From: Limnochordales bacterium
GTDB lineage: Bacteria; Bacillota; Limnochordia; Limnochordales; ZCTH02-B6
DNA length: 64,000 bases
NCBI GenBank assembly: GCA_035304545.1
Contig: DATGPV010000054.1
Location: 196,606-260,605, forward strand
Reading direction: 5' to 3'
Within the stretch, counting starts at the first letter, position 1; the number at the start of each line of letters is the position of its first letter. The translations under genes were made by a program, and so were the position numbers. The notes beneath the pieces were generated by a model. That model did not search any database. It saw only the letters and a list, made by a program, of their open reading frames with translations, and was not told where the DNA came from. Positions 17,463-26,673 of this stretch are shown one piece after another.

Positions 17463-20300
17463 TCACTCCCCTCCTTGGTGCTCCGGCCGGGACCGGGCGT
17501 AGGCTTGAATGTGCTCCTGCTCCAGCGGGATCCCGTCGGACATGGCGGCCACCAGCCAGTGAATCGCGCCCGCGACCGCGAAGGCCACGCCCAGGTCAAA
17601 CAAGGTGGCCGTGGCCCATTCCACGGGCCCCAGTCCCGGCACCGTCACGTGTCCGAACCCGTGGGTCAAGAAGGGGTAGCCCAGGGCCACGGCCCCCAGC
17701 CCCACCGCGCCGATGAGGGTCAACCCCGTGGCGATGAGATGACGGGGATGGACCGGCACCATGGCCAGCGCGGCCGTGCGCTCAAAGGCCAGGGCCCAAA
17801 GGACCACCGCAGACGCGGCCATGACGCCCGCGGCAAAACCGCCACCCGGGTGGTGGTGGCCCCTGAAGAACAAGTACAGGGCAAACACCAGCACCAAGTA
17901 AAAGAGGACCCGGGTGACGGCGGGCAAGATGATGGGATTGATCATCAGCGGGCTGCGGGGCCGCACCACCCCGCCCCGCTCCCGCCGGGACGCCACCAAG
18001 GCGTAAACGGCCATGGCCGCGAGGCCAAACACGGTCGTTTCGAACACGGTGTCCAACCCCCGAAAATCCACCAGCATGACGTTGACCACGTTGCGGCCGC
18101 CGCCCAGGAGGTAGCTGTTCTCCAAGAAGAAGGTACCGATGGAATCAAAGAGGCGGTTGCCCTGGGCCAAGAAGGTGACCGCGCCCACCACCAGGCCCAC
18201 CGCCGCCGCCGCCAGCCCGTTCCCCAGGTGCACCCGGGGCCCGGTCCAGCGGTGGCGCAGGGCCGGCATAAAGCCAAAGGCCAAAAACAGGGGGATGATG
18301 GACACCGTCTCCACGATGGTCTGGGTCAAGGCCAGGTCCGGCGCGTCCCGCAAGAACCACAGCACGGCCATCGCGAACCCCACCGTGGCCACCCCCAGCG
18401 CGACGGCGATGCGCTGGACCGCGGCCGCGGCCAAGAACGCCCCGCCCATCATGACCAGGCATGTCACCAGCTCCACCCAGCCCAAGGGCGACAAGGACCC
18501 CAGCGCCTGGTGCAGCCCCGGCAGGCCGGCCCGTCCCAGGCCAACACCGATGAGCACCGCCGAAAAGCCGACGACATAGAGCACGTAGTCCCGAATCCGG
18601 CCCGTCATCAGCCGCCGGGTCCAGCGCTGGGCGCCTTCCTCCGCCGCCCGCAGCAGCCCCTGGTAGACGGCGTTGGCATTCCATGGAAAGGCACTGAGCC
18701 GCTCCAAGATCGGCAGCACGCGGGGCAGCCGCCAGTACAAGAGCGCGCCCAAGGCCAGCGCCGCCCCGCTCATCCCCAGGGCAGGCGTAACGCCGTGCCA
18801 GAGGGCCACGTGCACCCTGTCGGCCGCGGCCCCCAGGGCCCGCAGGGCCGGGACCACCACGGCGCCTTCCGCCAGCTGGGGCGCTGCGCCCAAAAGCACG
18901 ATGCCGGTGGCCAGCAGCGCCGGCGGCACCCACAGGCGGGCCGGGGCCTCGTGGGGCGGCTTGGGCGTGGCCGCGGCGGGCGGTCCGAGGAAGATCTTGA
19001 CGGTGAGGATCAGGCAATAGGCGGTGGTGAACACGCTGCCCAGCACCGCCAGCACCGGCAGCGCCCGGGTAAACCCGTTAGGCGCCACCGGCGGGTGCAG
19101 CAGCGCGTCCAGGATCATCTCCTTGCTGACGAAACCGTTGAGCGGGGGCACCCCGGCCATGGACAGCGCGCCCAGAAACGTGAGGGCCGCCGTGATGGGC
19201 ATGGCCCGCCCCAGCCCCGACAGCCGCCCCACGTCCCGGGTGCCCGTCGCGTGATCGATGATGCCGACAGCCATAAACAAGGTGCCCTTGAAGATGCCGT
19301 GGTTGAGCAGGTGCAGCACCCCGGCGGCCAGGGCCGCGTCGGTGGAGAAGCCGAACATGGCCATGATGAAGCCCAGCTGGCTCACGGTGCTGAAGGCCAA
19401 TAGCGCCTTCAAGTCCCGCTGCTGGACCGCGAGGAAGCCGCCCAGGACCATGGTGGCCAAACCGGCGGCGGTGATGGTGTAAAACCACAGCTCCGTCCCG
19501 CCCAGCACCGCGCCCATGCGGGCCGCCAGGAAAATCCCCGCTTTGACCATGGTGGCCGAATGCAGATAGGCGCTGACGGGCGTGGGCGCGGCCATGGCTC
19601 CCGGCAGCCACAGGTGAAAGGGGACCTGGGCCGACTTGGTAAAGGCCCCCAGCAGGATCAGCACCACGATGGCCGGGTAATAGCGATGGGCCACGACGGC
19701 CGGCGCCCGGTCCGCCAGCTCTCGCAGGGACATGGTGCCCGCCGCCAGCCCCAAGAGCAGGAAACCCGCCAAAAGGGCGAGGCCCCCCAGCACCGTGATG
19801 AGCAGGGCTTTTAGCGCGCCTTCCCGGGCTTCGGTCCGGGTGTGCCAAAAGCCGATGAGGAGGAAGGAGCTGATGGACGTGATTTCCCAAAACATGTACA
19901 ACGTCAGCAAGTTTTCGGCCAGGACCACGCCCAGCATGGCCCCCATAAAAAGCAGCAGCGCAAGATAAAACCGGCTGCGGTCCTCATCGGGGCCGAGATA
20001 GCTCTGCGCGTAGGCCACCACCAAGGTGCCGATGCCGGCGATGAGCAGGCCAAACAAAAGCCCAAAGCCATCCAAAGCCAGGGAAAACTCGAAGCCGAAG
20101 GCGGGAACCCACGCCCACGCCGCGGCCGGGGTCTCGCCGGCCGCGACGCGCGGCAGCCAGACCAGCAAGGACGCAAAGATGGCCGCCGGCAGGGGCAGCA
20201 ACAGCCAGCCCGCGGATCGAGGAAACCGGCGGGCGACGGCGGGCACCGCGGCGGCCGCGGCAAAGGGCAACAACACGATGAGGTGCAGGCTCAGCGTCAT
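17463..20300 (-). CDS. mrpA: Na+/H+ antiporter subunit A fused to subunit B
   Basis: I trimmed the ORF to the ATG at 20300 (AGGGGG 6 nt upstream), giving about 945 aa. The NuoL-like core includes WLPGAMAAPTPVSAYLHSATMVKAG. The C-terminal roughly 140 aa (MINPIILPAVTRVLFYLVLVFALYLFFRGHHHPGGGF...) is MrpB-like, so A and B are fused. Confidence 0.9.
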   Translation of the reverse strand: MTLSLHLIVLLPFAAAAAVPAVARRFPRSAGWLLLPLPAAIFASLLVWLPRVAAGETPAAAWAWVPAFGFEFSLALDGFGLLFGLLIAGIGTLVVAYAQSYLGPDEDRSRFYLALLLFMGAMLGVVLAENLLTLYMFWEITSISSFLLIGFWHTRTEAREGALKALLITVLGGLALLAGFLLLGLAAGTMSLRELADRAPAVVAHRYYPAIVVLILLGAFTKSAQVPFHLWLPGAMAAPTPVSAYLHSATMVKAGIFLAARMGAVLGGTELWFYTITAAGLATMVLGGFLAVQQRDLKALLAFSTVSQLGFIMAMFGFSTDAALAAGVLHLLNHGIFKGTLFMAVGIIDHATGTRDVGRLSGLGRAMPITAALTFLGALSMAGVPPLNGFVSKEMILDALLHPPVAPNGFTRALPVLAVLGSVFTTAYCLILTVKIFLGPPAAATPKPPHEAPARLWVPPALLATGIVLLGAAPQLAEGAVVVPALRALGAAADRVHVALWHGVTPALGMSGAALALGALLYWRLPRVLPILERLSAFPWNANAVYQGLLRAAEEGAQRWTRRLMTGRIRDYVLYVVGFSAVLIGVGLGRAGLPGLHQALGSLSPLGWVELVTCLVMMGGAFLAAAAVQRIAVALGVATVGFAMAVLWFLRDAPDLALTQTIVETVSIIPLFLAFGFMPALRHRWTGPRVHLGNGLAAAAVGLVVGAVTFLAQGNRLFDSIGTFFLENSYLLGGGRNVVNVMLVDFRGLDTVFETTVFGLAAMAVYALVASRRERGGVVRPRSPLMINPIILPAVTRVLFYLVLVFALYLFFRGHHHPGGGFAAGVMAASAVVLWALAFERTAALAMVPVHPRHLIATGLTLIGAVGLGAVALGYPFLTHGFGHVTVPGLGPVEWATATLFDLGVAFAVAGAIHWLVAAMSDGIPLEQEHIQAYARSRPEHQGGE

Positions 20301-20459
20301 GGCTCGCCCCCTGGGTGACAGGATAAGCCGGGCAGGCCCGCGCGCCGCCCCGGGCAACGGCCCGGCCCGCGGTTCCGCCGGGCACGGGCTGCACGGGACG
20401 ACACCGGAACGGATGGAAAGATGGTCAGGCTTGGCTGGGCGGCACCGCGCCCTGCCAAG

Positions 20460-20488
20460 ATTTTACCGGCCGGGGGGACATGACGCAA
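20460..20488 (-). promoter_or_regulatory. candidate promoter for the mrp operon
   Basis: The reverse strand reads TTGCGT (20488-20483), a 17-nt spacer, then TAAAAT (20465-20460). It lies about 160 nt upstream of mrpA. Confidence 0.35.
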
Positions 20489-20493
20489 CCGGG

Positions 20494-21255
20494 CTAGGCC
20501 CAGCGCCGCTTGGGCTTCCAGCGCCGGTAGCCCTTGACCGCCGTCTCCTTGGGCACGCCCAAGTACATTTCCTGCACGTTTTCGTTGGCCTTCAGCTGGT
20601 CCGCGGTGCCTTCCAGCACGATGCGGCCGGTTTCCAGGACAAAGCCGTAATGGGCCACTTCCAGAGCAGCCCGGGCGTTTTGCTCCACCATCAGTATGGT
20701 GGTCCCCTGGCGGTTGATCTCTTTAAGCACCTGGAAAATTTCCGCCACCAGCTTGGGGGCCAAGCCCACCGACGGTTCGTCCAACAGGAGCAGGCGGGGG
20801 CGCCCCAGCAGCGCGCGGCCGATGGCCAGCATCTGCTGTTCGCCGCCGGACAAGGTGCCCGCCAGTTGGTGCAGACGCTCGTTGAGGCGCGGAAAGAGCG
20901 AGAAAACCCACTCCATGTCCGCCCGGACGGCCGCGGGATCCCGCCGCCGGTAGGCGCCCAACTGCAGATTCTCCCATACCGTCAGTTCCGGAAACACGCC
21001 GCGGCCTTCCAGCACATGGGCAATGCCCAAGGCGGCGATGTCCTCGGGCTCCCGGCCGTTGATGCGCTGTCCCTCAAACTCGATGTACCCCTTCTCGGGC
21101 TGGTCGGGGATGAGGCCGCTGATGGTGCGCAGGAGGGTAGTTTTGCCGGCGCCGTTGGAGCCCAGCACCACAGCCAGCTGGCCCTCCTCCACTGTCAAGG
21201 ACAAGCCCCGCAGCACCGTCACCCGGCCGGCGTAGCGGGTCTCCACGTTACGCAC
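20494..21255 (-). CDS. livF: branched-chain amino-acid ABC transporter ATP-binding protein
   Basis: Walker A is GSNGAGKTT, the signature is LSGGEQQMLAIGRAL, and Walker B is LLLLDEPS. A short basic C-terminal tail reads KGYRRWKPKRRWA. Confidence 0.9.
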   Translation of the reverse strand: MRNVETRYAGRVTVLRGLSLTVEEGQLAVVLGSNGAGKTTLLRTISGLIPDQPEKGYIEFEGQRINGREPEDIAALGIAHVLEGRGVFPELTVWENLQLGAYRRRDPAAVRADMEWVFSLFPRLNERLHQLAGTLSGGEQQMLAIGRALLGRPRLLLLDEPSVGLAPKLVAEIFQVLKEINRQGTTILMVEQNARAALEVAHYGFVLETGRIVLEGTADQLKANENVQEMYLGVPKETAVKGYRRWKPKRRWA

Positions 21256-22063
21256 CGCGAGCAGGGTGCATCGCCTCCTCGCCCAGGTACGCCTCGATGA
21301 CCCGCGGGTCCCGCTGCACCGCGGCGGGCGGCCCGTCGGCGATGACCGTGCCCCGGTCCAAGACCACGATCCGCTGGGAGATCTCCATCACCATGCGCAG
21401 GTCGTGCTCAACCAAGACGACGGCGATGCCCAGCATAGCCTGGATGTCCCGGATGGTGAACACCAGGTCCGCCTTCTCCTCGGCCGTCATTCCCGCCGAC
21501 GGCTCGTCCAGCAGCAAGAGCCGGGGCTCGGTGGCCAGGGCCCGCCCCACCTCCACCAGCTTTTGCTGGCCGTAGGGGAGGGAGGCCACCGGCCGGTGGC
21601 GCACCGACTGCAGATCCAGCATATCCAGGATTTCTTCCACCCTGCGGCGCTGGGCCACCTCATCCCGCCACCAGCGGGGCAGCGCAAGGGCCGCGGCAAA
21701 AAAGCCGCTGCGCACGTGCAGATGCCGGCCCAGCAGCAGGTTGTCCAGGACCGTCATGTGGCGAAACAGCTCGATGTTCTGGAAGGTGCGCGCGATGCCC
21801 AGGGCGGCGATCCGGTCGGGCCTGAGGCCCACGATGTCCCGGCCGGCAAAACGGATGGCACCCGCGGAGGGGCGGTAGAGCCCCGTCACGCAGTTGAACA
21901 AGCTGGTCTTGCCTGCTCCGTTGGGCCCGATGACCGACAACAGCTCGCCCGGCTGCACTGTGAGGTCCACATCGTGCAGGGCGTGAATGCCGCCGAAGCG
22001 CAGGTGGAGGCGCCGGACCTCCAGGAGAGGTCCGGCGCCGGTCTGCCCGAGGGTCTTGTCCAC
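21248..22063 (-). CDS. livG: branched-chain amino-acid ABC transporter ATP-binding protein
   Basis: Walker A is GPNGAGKTS, the signature-like motif is LPYGQQKLVEVGRAL, and Walker B is LLLLDEPSAGM. The gene overlaps the livF start by 8 nt. Confidence 0.9.
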   Translation of the reverse strand: MDKTLGQTGAGPLLEVRRLHLRFGGIHALHDVDLTVQPGELLSVIGPNGAGKTSLFNCVTGLYRPSAGAIRFAGRDIVGLRPDRIAALGIARTFQNIELFRHMTVLDNLLLGRHLHVRSGFFAAALALPRWWRDEVAQRRRVEEILDMLDLQSVRHRPVASLPYGQQKLVEVGRALATEPRLLLLDEPSAGMTAEEKADLVFTIRDIQAMLGIAVVLVEHDLRMVMEISQRIVVLDRGTVIADGPPAAVQRDPRVIEAYLGEEAMHPARGA

Positions 22064-22076
22064 GGCCGTCCCCCGC

Positions 22077-23351
22077 TCAGTACTCCACCGGATACTCGAT
22101 CCAGTCCGTCAAGGGCTGGGGCACGCCGTTCTCCATGCGGGCCAGGAAGATGCTGTTGATGCCCTGCCGCCGGCCAGGACCAAAGGTGACGCCCCGCAGC
22201 AGTTCCCCATCCCAGTCTTGAATGGACTCCATGGCCGCCACGAAGGATTCCTTGGTCAGATTGGGGCCGGCCCGGCGGAACCCCTCCAGCATGGGCTCGA
22301 TAAAGGTCACCCCGGCCAGGGCGTTGAAGGCCATCTGGGCCAGATCCGGATTGCGCTCCACCAGAATCTGCAGGACGCGGTCCACCTTGGCATCGGTGCC
22401 CGGGTACGGGAAATAGGCGGGCACGATGACCCCGTTCCACGCCTCGCCGGCCAAGTGGGCCATAATGGGATCCGCCAAGGTGAAGGAGGACAAGATCTGC
22501 GGCCGCGGGTTCAGCTGGTACAAGGCCGCCGCGGCCAGGGCGCCGTGGTTGGGCGTAGCGTAAAGGATGACCGCATCGGCCTGGGCTTCCGCGATGCGCA
22601 GCGCGTGGACGCTCAAGTCCGAGTCGGTCAGCTCGTAGGACACGGTGGCCGCCGGGGCCATCCCCAGCTCGCCCAAGGCTTCCAGCACGCCGTTGAGGCC
22701 CGCCATGCCGTACTGGTCATTCTGGTAGATGACCGCGACGCGCTGCTTGCCCAGCTCCTCCACCGCGAAGCGGGTAAGGATCTTGGCTTCCTGGAAGTAG
22801 TTGGGGTAGGTCACGAACAAGTAATGGATGTTGGGGTTGCCGATCCACTGATCCTGCTCTACCGCGGGCGTCATCCAGATGACCTGGTTGCGGAACATGT
22901 AGTCCTTGACGGCGGCGGCGTTGGCCGAGCCGATCATGCCCACAATGCCGAAAACGCCGACCCGCTCCACTAGCTCCCGCACGTTGGCCACAGCCCGGGG
23001 CGGCTGGTAGCCGTCATCGCGGATGACAAAACGAATGGTGCGGCCGTGGATGCCGCCCTGTTCATTGATGTAGTCCAAGTACGCCTCGACGCCCCGGGCC
23101 GTCGCACCCCACGGGGCCGCCGGACCCGACAGGGGGGCCGACGTGCCCAAGATGATCTCCGTCGGCGTAATGCCCCGCTCTTGCGCCCCCGCCGGCAGCA
23201 CCGCGGCCGCCGCCATCACCCAAGCCAGCAGAAAGCCCACGGGTGCTCCAACAGCTCGACGCAACTGGTCTACCCCCTTCTTTGGCCTTTCCCGCAACCT
23301 TGCCGCCCTTTCCCTCTCCGCTTCTGGACGCGCGATGCTGGACATTGCCAC
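22077..23351 (-). CDS. branched-chain amino-acid ABC transporter substrate-binding protein
   Basis: A signal-like segment (FLLAWVMAAAAVLPAGAQE) is followed by a LivJ/K-type periplasmic binding fold (ILGTSAPLSGPAAPWG, YINEQGGIHGRTIRFVIRDDGYQP). The start is uncertain: GTG at 23351 or ATG at 23345. Confidence 0.85.
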   Translation of the reverse strand: MAMSSIARPEAERERAARLRERPKKGVDQLRRAVGAPVGFLLAWVMAAAAVLPAGAQERGITPTEIILGTSAPLSGPAAPWGATARGVEAYLDYINEQGGIHGRTIRFVIRDDGYQPPRAVANVRELVERVGVFGIVGMIGSANAAAVKDYMFRNQVIWMTPAVEQDQWIGNPNIHYLFVTYPNYFQEAKILTRFAVEELGKQRVAVIYQNDQYGMAGLNGVLEALGELGMAPAATVSYELTDSDLSVHALRIAEAQADAVILYATPNHGALAAAALYQLNPRPQILSSFTLADPIMAHLAGEAWNGVIVPAYFPYPGTDAKVDRVLQILVERNPDLAQMAFNALAGVTFIEPMLEGFRRAGPNLTKESFVAAMESIQDWDGELLRGVTFGPGRRQGINSIFLARMENGVPQPLTDWIEYPVEY

Positions 23352-23403
23352 CCCCCGTCCGCCCTGGGCCGGGGCCGGCGGCCCTGCGGCCGCGGACTGA
23401 CCG

Positions 23404-24279
23404 CTACACCCGCCGCATAAACTTCCGGCCCAGCAGCCCCTCGGGCCGCACCAAGAGCACGGCGATGATGATCAAGAAGGCCACCGTCGTCCGCAGGGAC
23501 GTGGACACGTACCCGCCAAACAAGTTTTCCACCACACCCAGGATCAGGGCACCCAGAATGGCCCCCGGCAGGCTGTCCAGACCGCCGAGCACGGCGCCGG
23601 CAAATCCCTTCAGGAAAGGATCGAACATCATAAAGGGGCTCAACAACGTCGCCGGCGCCAGCAGCATGCCGGCCACCGCGCCCAAGGTGGCCGACACGCC
23701 CCATGCGACCGCGAACACCCGCCGCACCGGAATGCCCAGCACCCGGGCTGCCACGTCGTTTTGGGACACGGCCCGCATGGCCAGGCCAAAGCGGGTCTTC
23801 TGCACCAGCAGGTACAGCCCGGCAACCGCCACCACCGCGATCACGAAGCTGCCCACAGCCAGCTGGCTGACGGCGACCCCGCCCACGTGGTAGACCACGG
23901 ACCGGGACAAGGGAAAAGGCAGCACCTTGGTGTCCGCACCCCACAGGACGACACCAGCCCCGCTCAGCACCAGGGCAAAGCCGGCCGTGGTGATGATCTG
24001 GCCCAATAGGGTGGCCTCTTTCACCGGCCGCAGGACCAGAAAGTAAAAGCCGGCGCCCGCGGCAAAGGCCACCAGCAGCGTCAGCACCGCGGCGGTCCCA
24101 AAGGCCGCCCCCGCCGCCGTCATGAGGCTGTAGGTCACCATGGTGGTGATCATGGCCATGTCGCCGTGGGCGAAGTTGAGCACCCGGGACGTGCGGTACA
24201 ACAGCACGATCCCCAAGGCCACCAGGGCGTACAGGCTGCCGATGGACAGCCCGCTGACCACCAACTGCCAAAAGAGCAC
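23404..24279 (-). CDS. livH: branched-chain amino-acid ABC transporter permease
   Basis: The 291-aa polytopic permease begins MLFWQLVVSGLSIGSLYALVALGIVLLYRTSRVLNFAHGD. Confidence 0.9.
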   Translation of the reverse strand: MLFWQLVVSGLSIGSLYALVALGIVLLYRTSRVLNFAHGDMAMITTMVTYSLMTAAGAAFGTAAVLTLLVAFAAGAGFYFLVLRPVKEATLLGQIITTAGFALVLSGAGVVLWGADTKVLPFPLSRSVVYHVGGVAVSQLAVGSFVIAVVAVAGLYLLVQKTRFGLAMRAVSQNDVAARVLGIPVRRVFAVAWGVSATLGAVAGMLLAPATLLSPFMMFDPFLKGFAGAVLGGLDSLPGAILGALILGVVENLFGGYVSTSLRTTVAFLIIIAVLLVRPEGLLGRKFMRRV

Positions 24280-24301
24280 CGGCCGCCGCCTCCATCGCCG
24301 T

Positions 24302-25312
24302 CTACAACGGCCACGTCTGCCCCCACCGCTTGATCTTGAGCCAGCGCCCGTACAGTCCCATGGGCTCCAAGGCCATCACCAGGATGACGGTCCCGCCGTA
24401 GACGATGGGCAAGTACTCCTGAAACTGCGACAGCCCAAACTCCATCAAGGTCAGCAGCATGGCGCCGAACATAGATCCCGGGACAGTCCCCAGCCCCCCG
24501 ACCACCACCATGGCCAAGTAGTAGATGGATTCGTACAGGTTGAACATGGTGGGTTCGAGATACATGATGACGTAGGCCAGCAGCCCCCCGGCCAGCCCGG
24601 CGTAAAAGGCGCTGACGGCGAAGGCCAAGGTCTTGTAAAGCCGCAGATTGACGCCGGTAACCTCGGCCGCAATGTCGCTGTCCCGCAGGGCCACGAAGGC
24701 CCGGCCCACGTGGGAGCGGGATAGGTTGAAGGCCGCCAGGCTCAGGAGGACGACGCAGGTCCAGACCAGGTAATACAGGCTGCGGTCGGAATCCAGCCAC
24801 CATGGGCCGATGCGGGGCGTCGGCACAAACAGCCCCATGCGGCCCCCCGACACCGCAGGCCAGTTGATGAGGATTTGCTGCACCGCCAAGCCAAAGCCCA
24901 AGGTCACGATGGCCAGGTAGGGCCCCTCCAGGCGCAGGGCCGGCAACCCCACCAGCACGCCAAACAGGGCCGCGGCCGCGCCGGCCACCAGCAGGGCCAG
25001 CCAAAAGGGCCCGCCCAGCCACTGGATGAAGGGCCATTGCTGCGCGGCGGTGACAAAGTGGGTCGCGGCGTACGCGCCCACGGCGACAAAGCCAACGTGG
25101 CCTAAAGAGATCTGCCCCGTGTACCCCACCAACAGGTTCAGCCCGATGGCCACGATGATCTTGATGCCGATGACGTTGGCGATGTACAGCTGGTACCCTT
25201 GCAGCACCCGCGGAGCGCCTACCAGCGCCGCGGCCAGCAGGGCCACGCCGCCCCAGCCGGTCCATCCCCGCACCAAGGCCATTTCTTCTTCGTATCTTTG
25301 GATAAGTTGCAT
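24302..25312 (-). CDS. livM: branched-chain amino-acid ABC transporter permease
   Basis: The 336-aa polytopic permease (GLNLLVGYTGQISLGHVGFVAVGAY) is the first gene of the liv operon. Confidence 0.9.
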   Translation of the reverse strand: MQLIQRYEEEMALVRGWTGWGGVALLAAALVGAPRVLQGYQLYIANVIGIKIIVAIGLNLLVGYTGQISLGHVGFVAVGAYAATHFVTAAQQWPFIQWLGGPFWLALLVAGAAAALFGVLVGLPALRLEGPYLAIVTLGFGLAVQQILINWPAVSGGRMGLFVPTPRIGPWWLDSDRSLYYLVWTCVVLLSLAAFNLSRSHVGRAFVALRDSDIAAEVTGVNLRLYKTLAFAVSAFYAGLAGGLLAYVIMYLEPTMFNLYESIYYLAMVVVGGLGTVPGSMFGAMLLTLMEFGLSQFQEYLPIVYGGTVILVMALEPMGLYGRWLKIKRWGQTWPL

Positions 25313-25550
25313 GGACTGCCCCTCGTCGGATGGTTTGAGGGAACTACGGACATTTCAGACGTCTCTGGCCGCTATATTCCACACGGGGCTACTGCTTCCT
25401 GCTTTAGGCACGCCCTTGGCCAGCGCGCTCCCACGGTCCTGGAGCAGCCCGCCCGACGCGCCGGCCGTCCGGTTGCCTGCGGCCAGCTCCGGCAAGGCCT
25501 GCTCCAGGAGGAGCGCCACCTGCGGCACGTCCGCCCATGGGCCGTGGGCG

Positions 25551-26522
25551 TCAGCGGGCTAGGACCCGGGCCAGTTCGTACAGCTCCCGGTCCGCGTAGC
25601 GGGTCCGGCCCGCGACGTCTTCCAGCGGCGTCAGATGGGGCCGATGGTTGACCCAGCCCACCAGCACACCGTGGTGGCCGCCCAAGAGGGCCTGCACCGC
25701 CGCCGCGCCCAAGCGGGTGCCCAAGAGCCGATCAAAAGCCGTGGGCGTGCCTCCCCGCTGGACGTGGCCCAGCACCGTCAAGCGCAGTTCGAATCCGGTT
25801 TCCGCCCGATGCTCCTGGAAGTACTGGATAAGGTCTGTGGCACTGGGCTTGGCGCCCTCGGCCACCACCAGGATGGCGTGGGACTTGCCCCGCGCGTAGG
25901 CGTCCAGCAGCTCTTGGGCCACGTCATCCGGCTCGATGGGCACCTCCGGGATAATGACGGCCTCCGCCCCGCCGGTGATGCCGGCCATGAGGGCGATGTA
26001 GCCGCTGTCCCGGCCCATGACCTCCACTAGGAAGGCGCGGCTGTGGGACGAAGCGGTGGCCTTGATGCGGTCGATGGCCTCCAGAACGGTGTTGAGGGCC
26101 GTGTCCGCGCCGATGCTGATGTCGGTGCCGTAGAGGTCGTTGTCGATGGTAGAGGCCACCCCGACCACGGGAAAGCCCATCTTGAACAGTTCAAAGGCGC
26201 CGGTTTGAGTGCCGTTGCCGCCGATGATGACCAGGCCGTCGATGCGCCGCTCCGCCAGTTTGCGGATGGCCTGCCGCCGGCCCGCCTCCTCCCGGAACTC
26301 CTTGGAGCGGGCGCTGCGCAGCACGGTGCCCGCCTGCTGCATGATGCCCCCCACGTCCCGGGCGGTCAGCCGCTCCATCTCGCCGTTGATGAGACCGGCG
26401 TACCCGTTGCGTACGCCGTACACTTCCAGCCCCGCGGCGATGCCAGTCCGCACCACGGCGCGGATGGCCGCGTTCATGCCCGGCGCGTCGCCGCCGCTGG
26501 TCAACACTGCGATCCGCTTCAC
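25551..26522 (-). CDS. pfkA: ATP-dependent 6-phosphofructokinase
   Basis: I trimmed the ORF to the GTG at 26522 (AAGGAGGTGG 6 nt upstream). Motifs include KRIAVLTSGGDAPGMNAAIRAVVR, GIPGTIDND-like VGVASTIDNDL, and MGRDSGYIAL. Confidence 0.9.
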   Translation of the reverse strand: MKRIAVLTSGGDAPGMNAAIRAVVRTGIAAGLEVYGVRNGYAGLINGEMERLTARDVGGIMQQAGTVLRSARSKEFREEAGRRQAIRKLAERRIDGLVIIGGNGTQTGAFELFKMGFPVVGVASTIDNDLYGTDISIGADTALNTVLEAIDRIKATASSHSRAFLVEVMGRDSGYIALMAGITGGAEAVIIPEVPIEPDDVAQELLDAYARGKSHAILVVAEGAKPSATDLIQYFQEHRAETGFELRLTVLGHVQRGGTPTAFDRLLGTRLGAAAVQALLGGHHGVLVGWVNHRPHLTPLEDVAGRTRYADRELYELARVLAR

Positions 26523-26673
26523 CCGCGACCACCTCCTTGTCCCCTGGCCCGACAATACGGGGCCCGTCCCCCTCGGCACGGCGGACGCGGTGAACGTTCG
26601 CCGTCCGCGGGTTCCATCCTGCACCAGGATATCCCCCCGGGCCCCTTTTCTGCGCCGTCCAAAGCCGTGAGGG

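Noticed and set aside
15080-19403. Two long plus-strand ORFs, 15080..17215 (711 aa) and 16953..19403 (816 aa), lie opposite the mrp operon.
   Set aside because: They are antisense to polytopic MrpD and MrpA genes with clear family motifs. Their translations are His/Gln/Gly/Arg/Asp-rich and lack domain features, so they are shadow ORFs.
25340-25365. A CodY-box-like or palindromic element (ACATTTCAGACGTCT, with core palindrome AGACGTCT) lies upstream of the liv operon.
   Set aside because: Only about 9 of 15 positions match the AATTTTCWGAAAATT consensus as I recall it. An 8-bp palindrome is too short to be meaningful without conservation data. I also looked for T-box leader hallmarks in the 238-nt spacer and found none.
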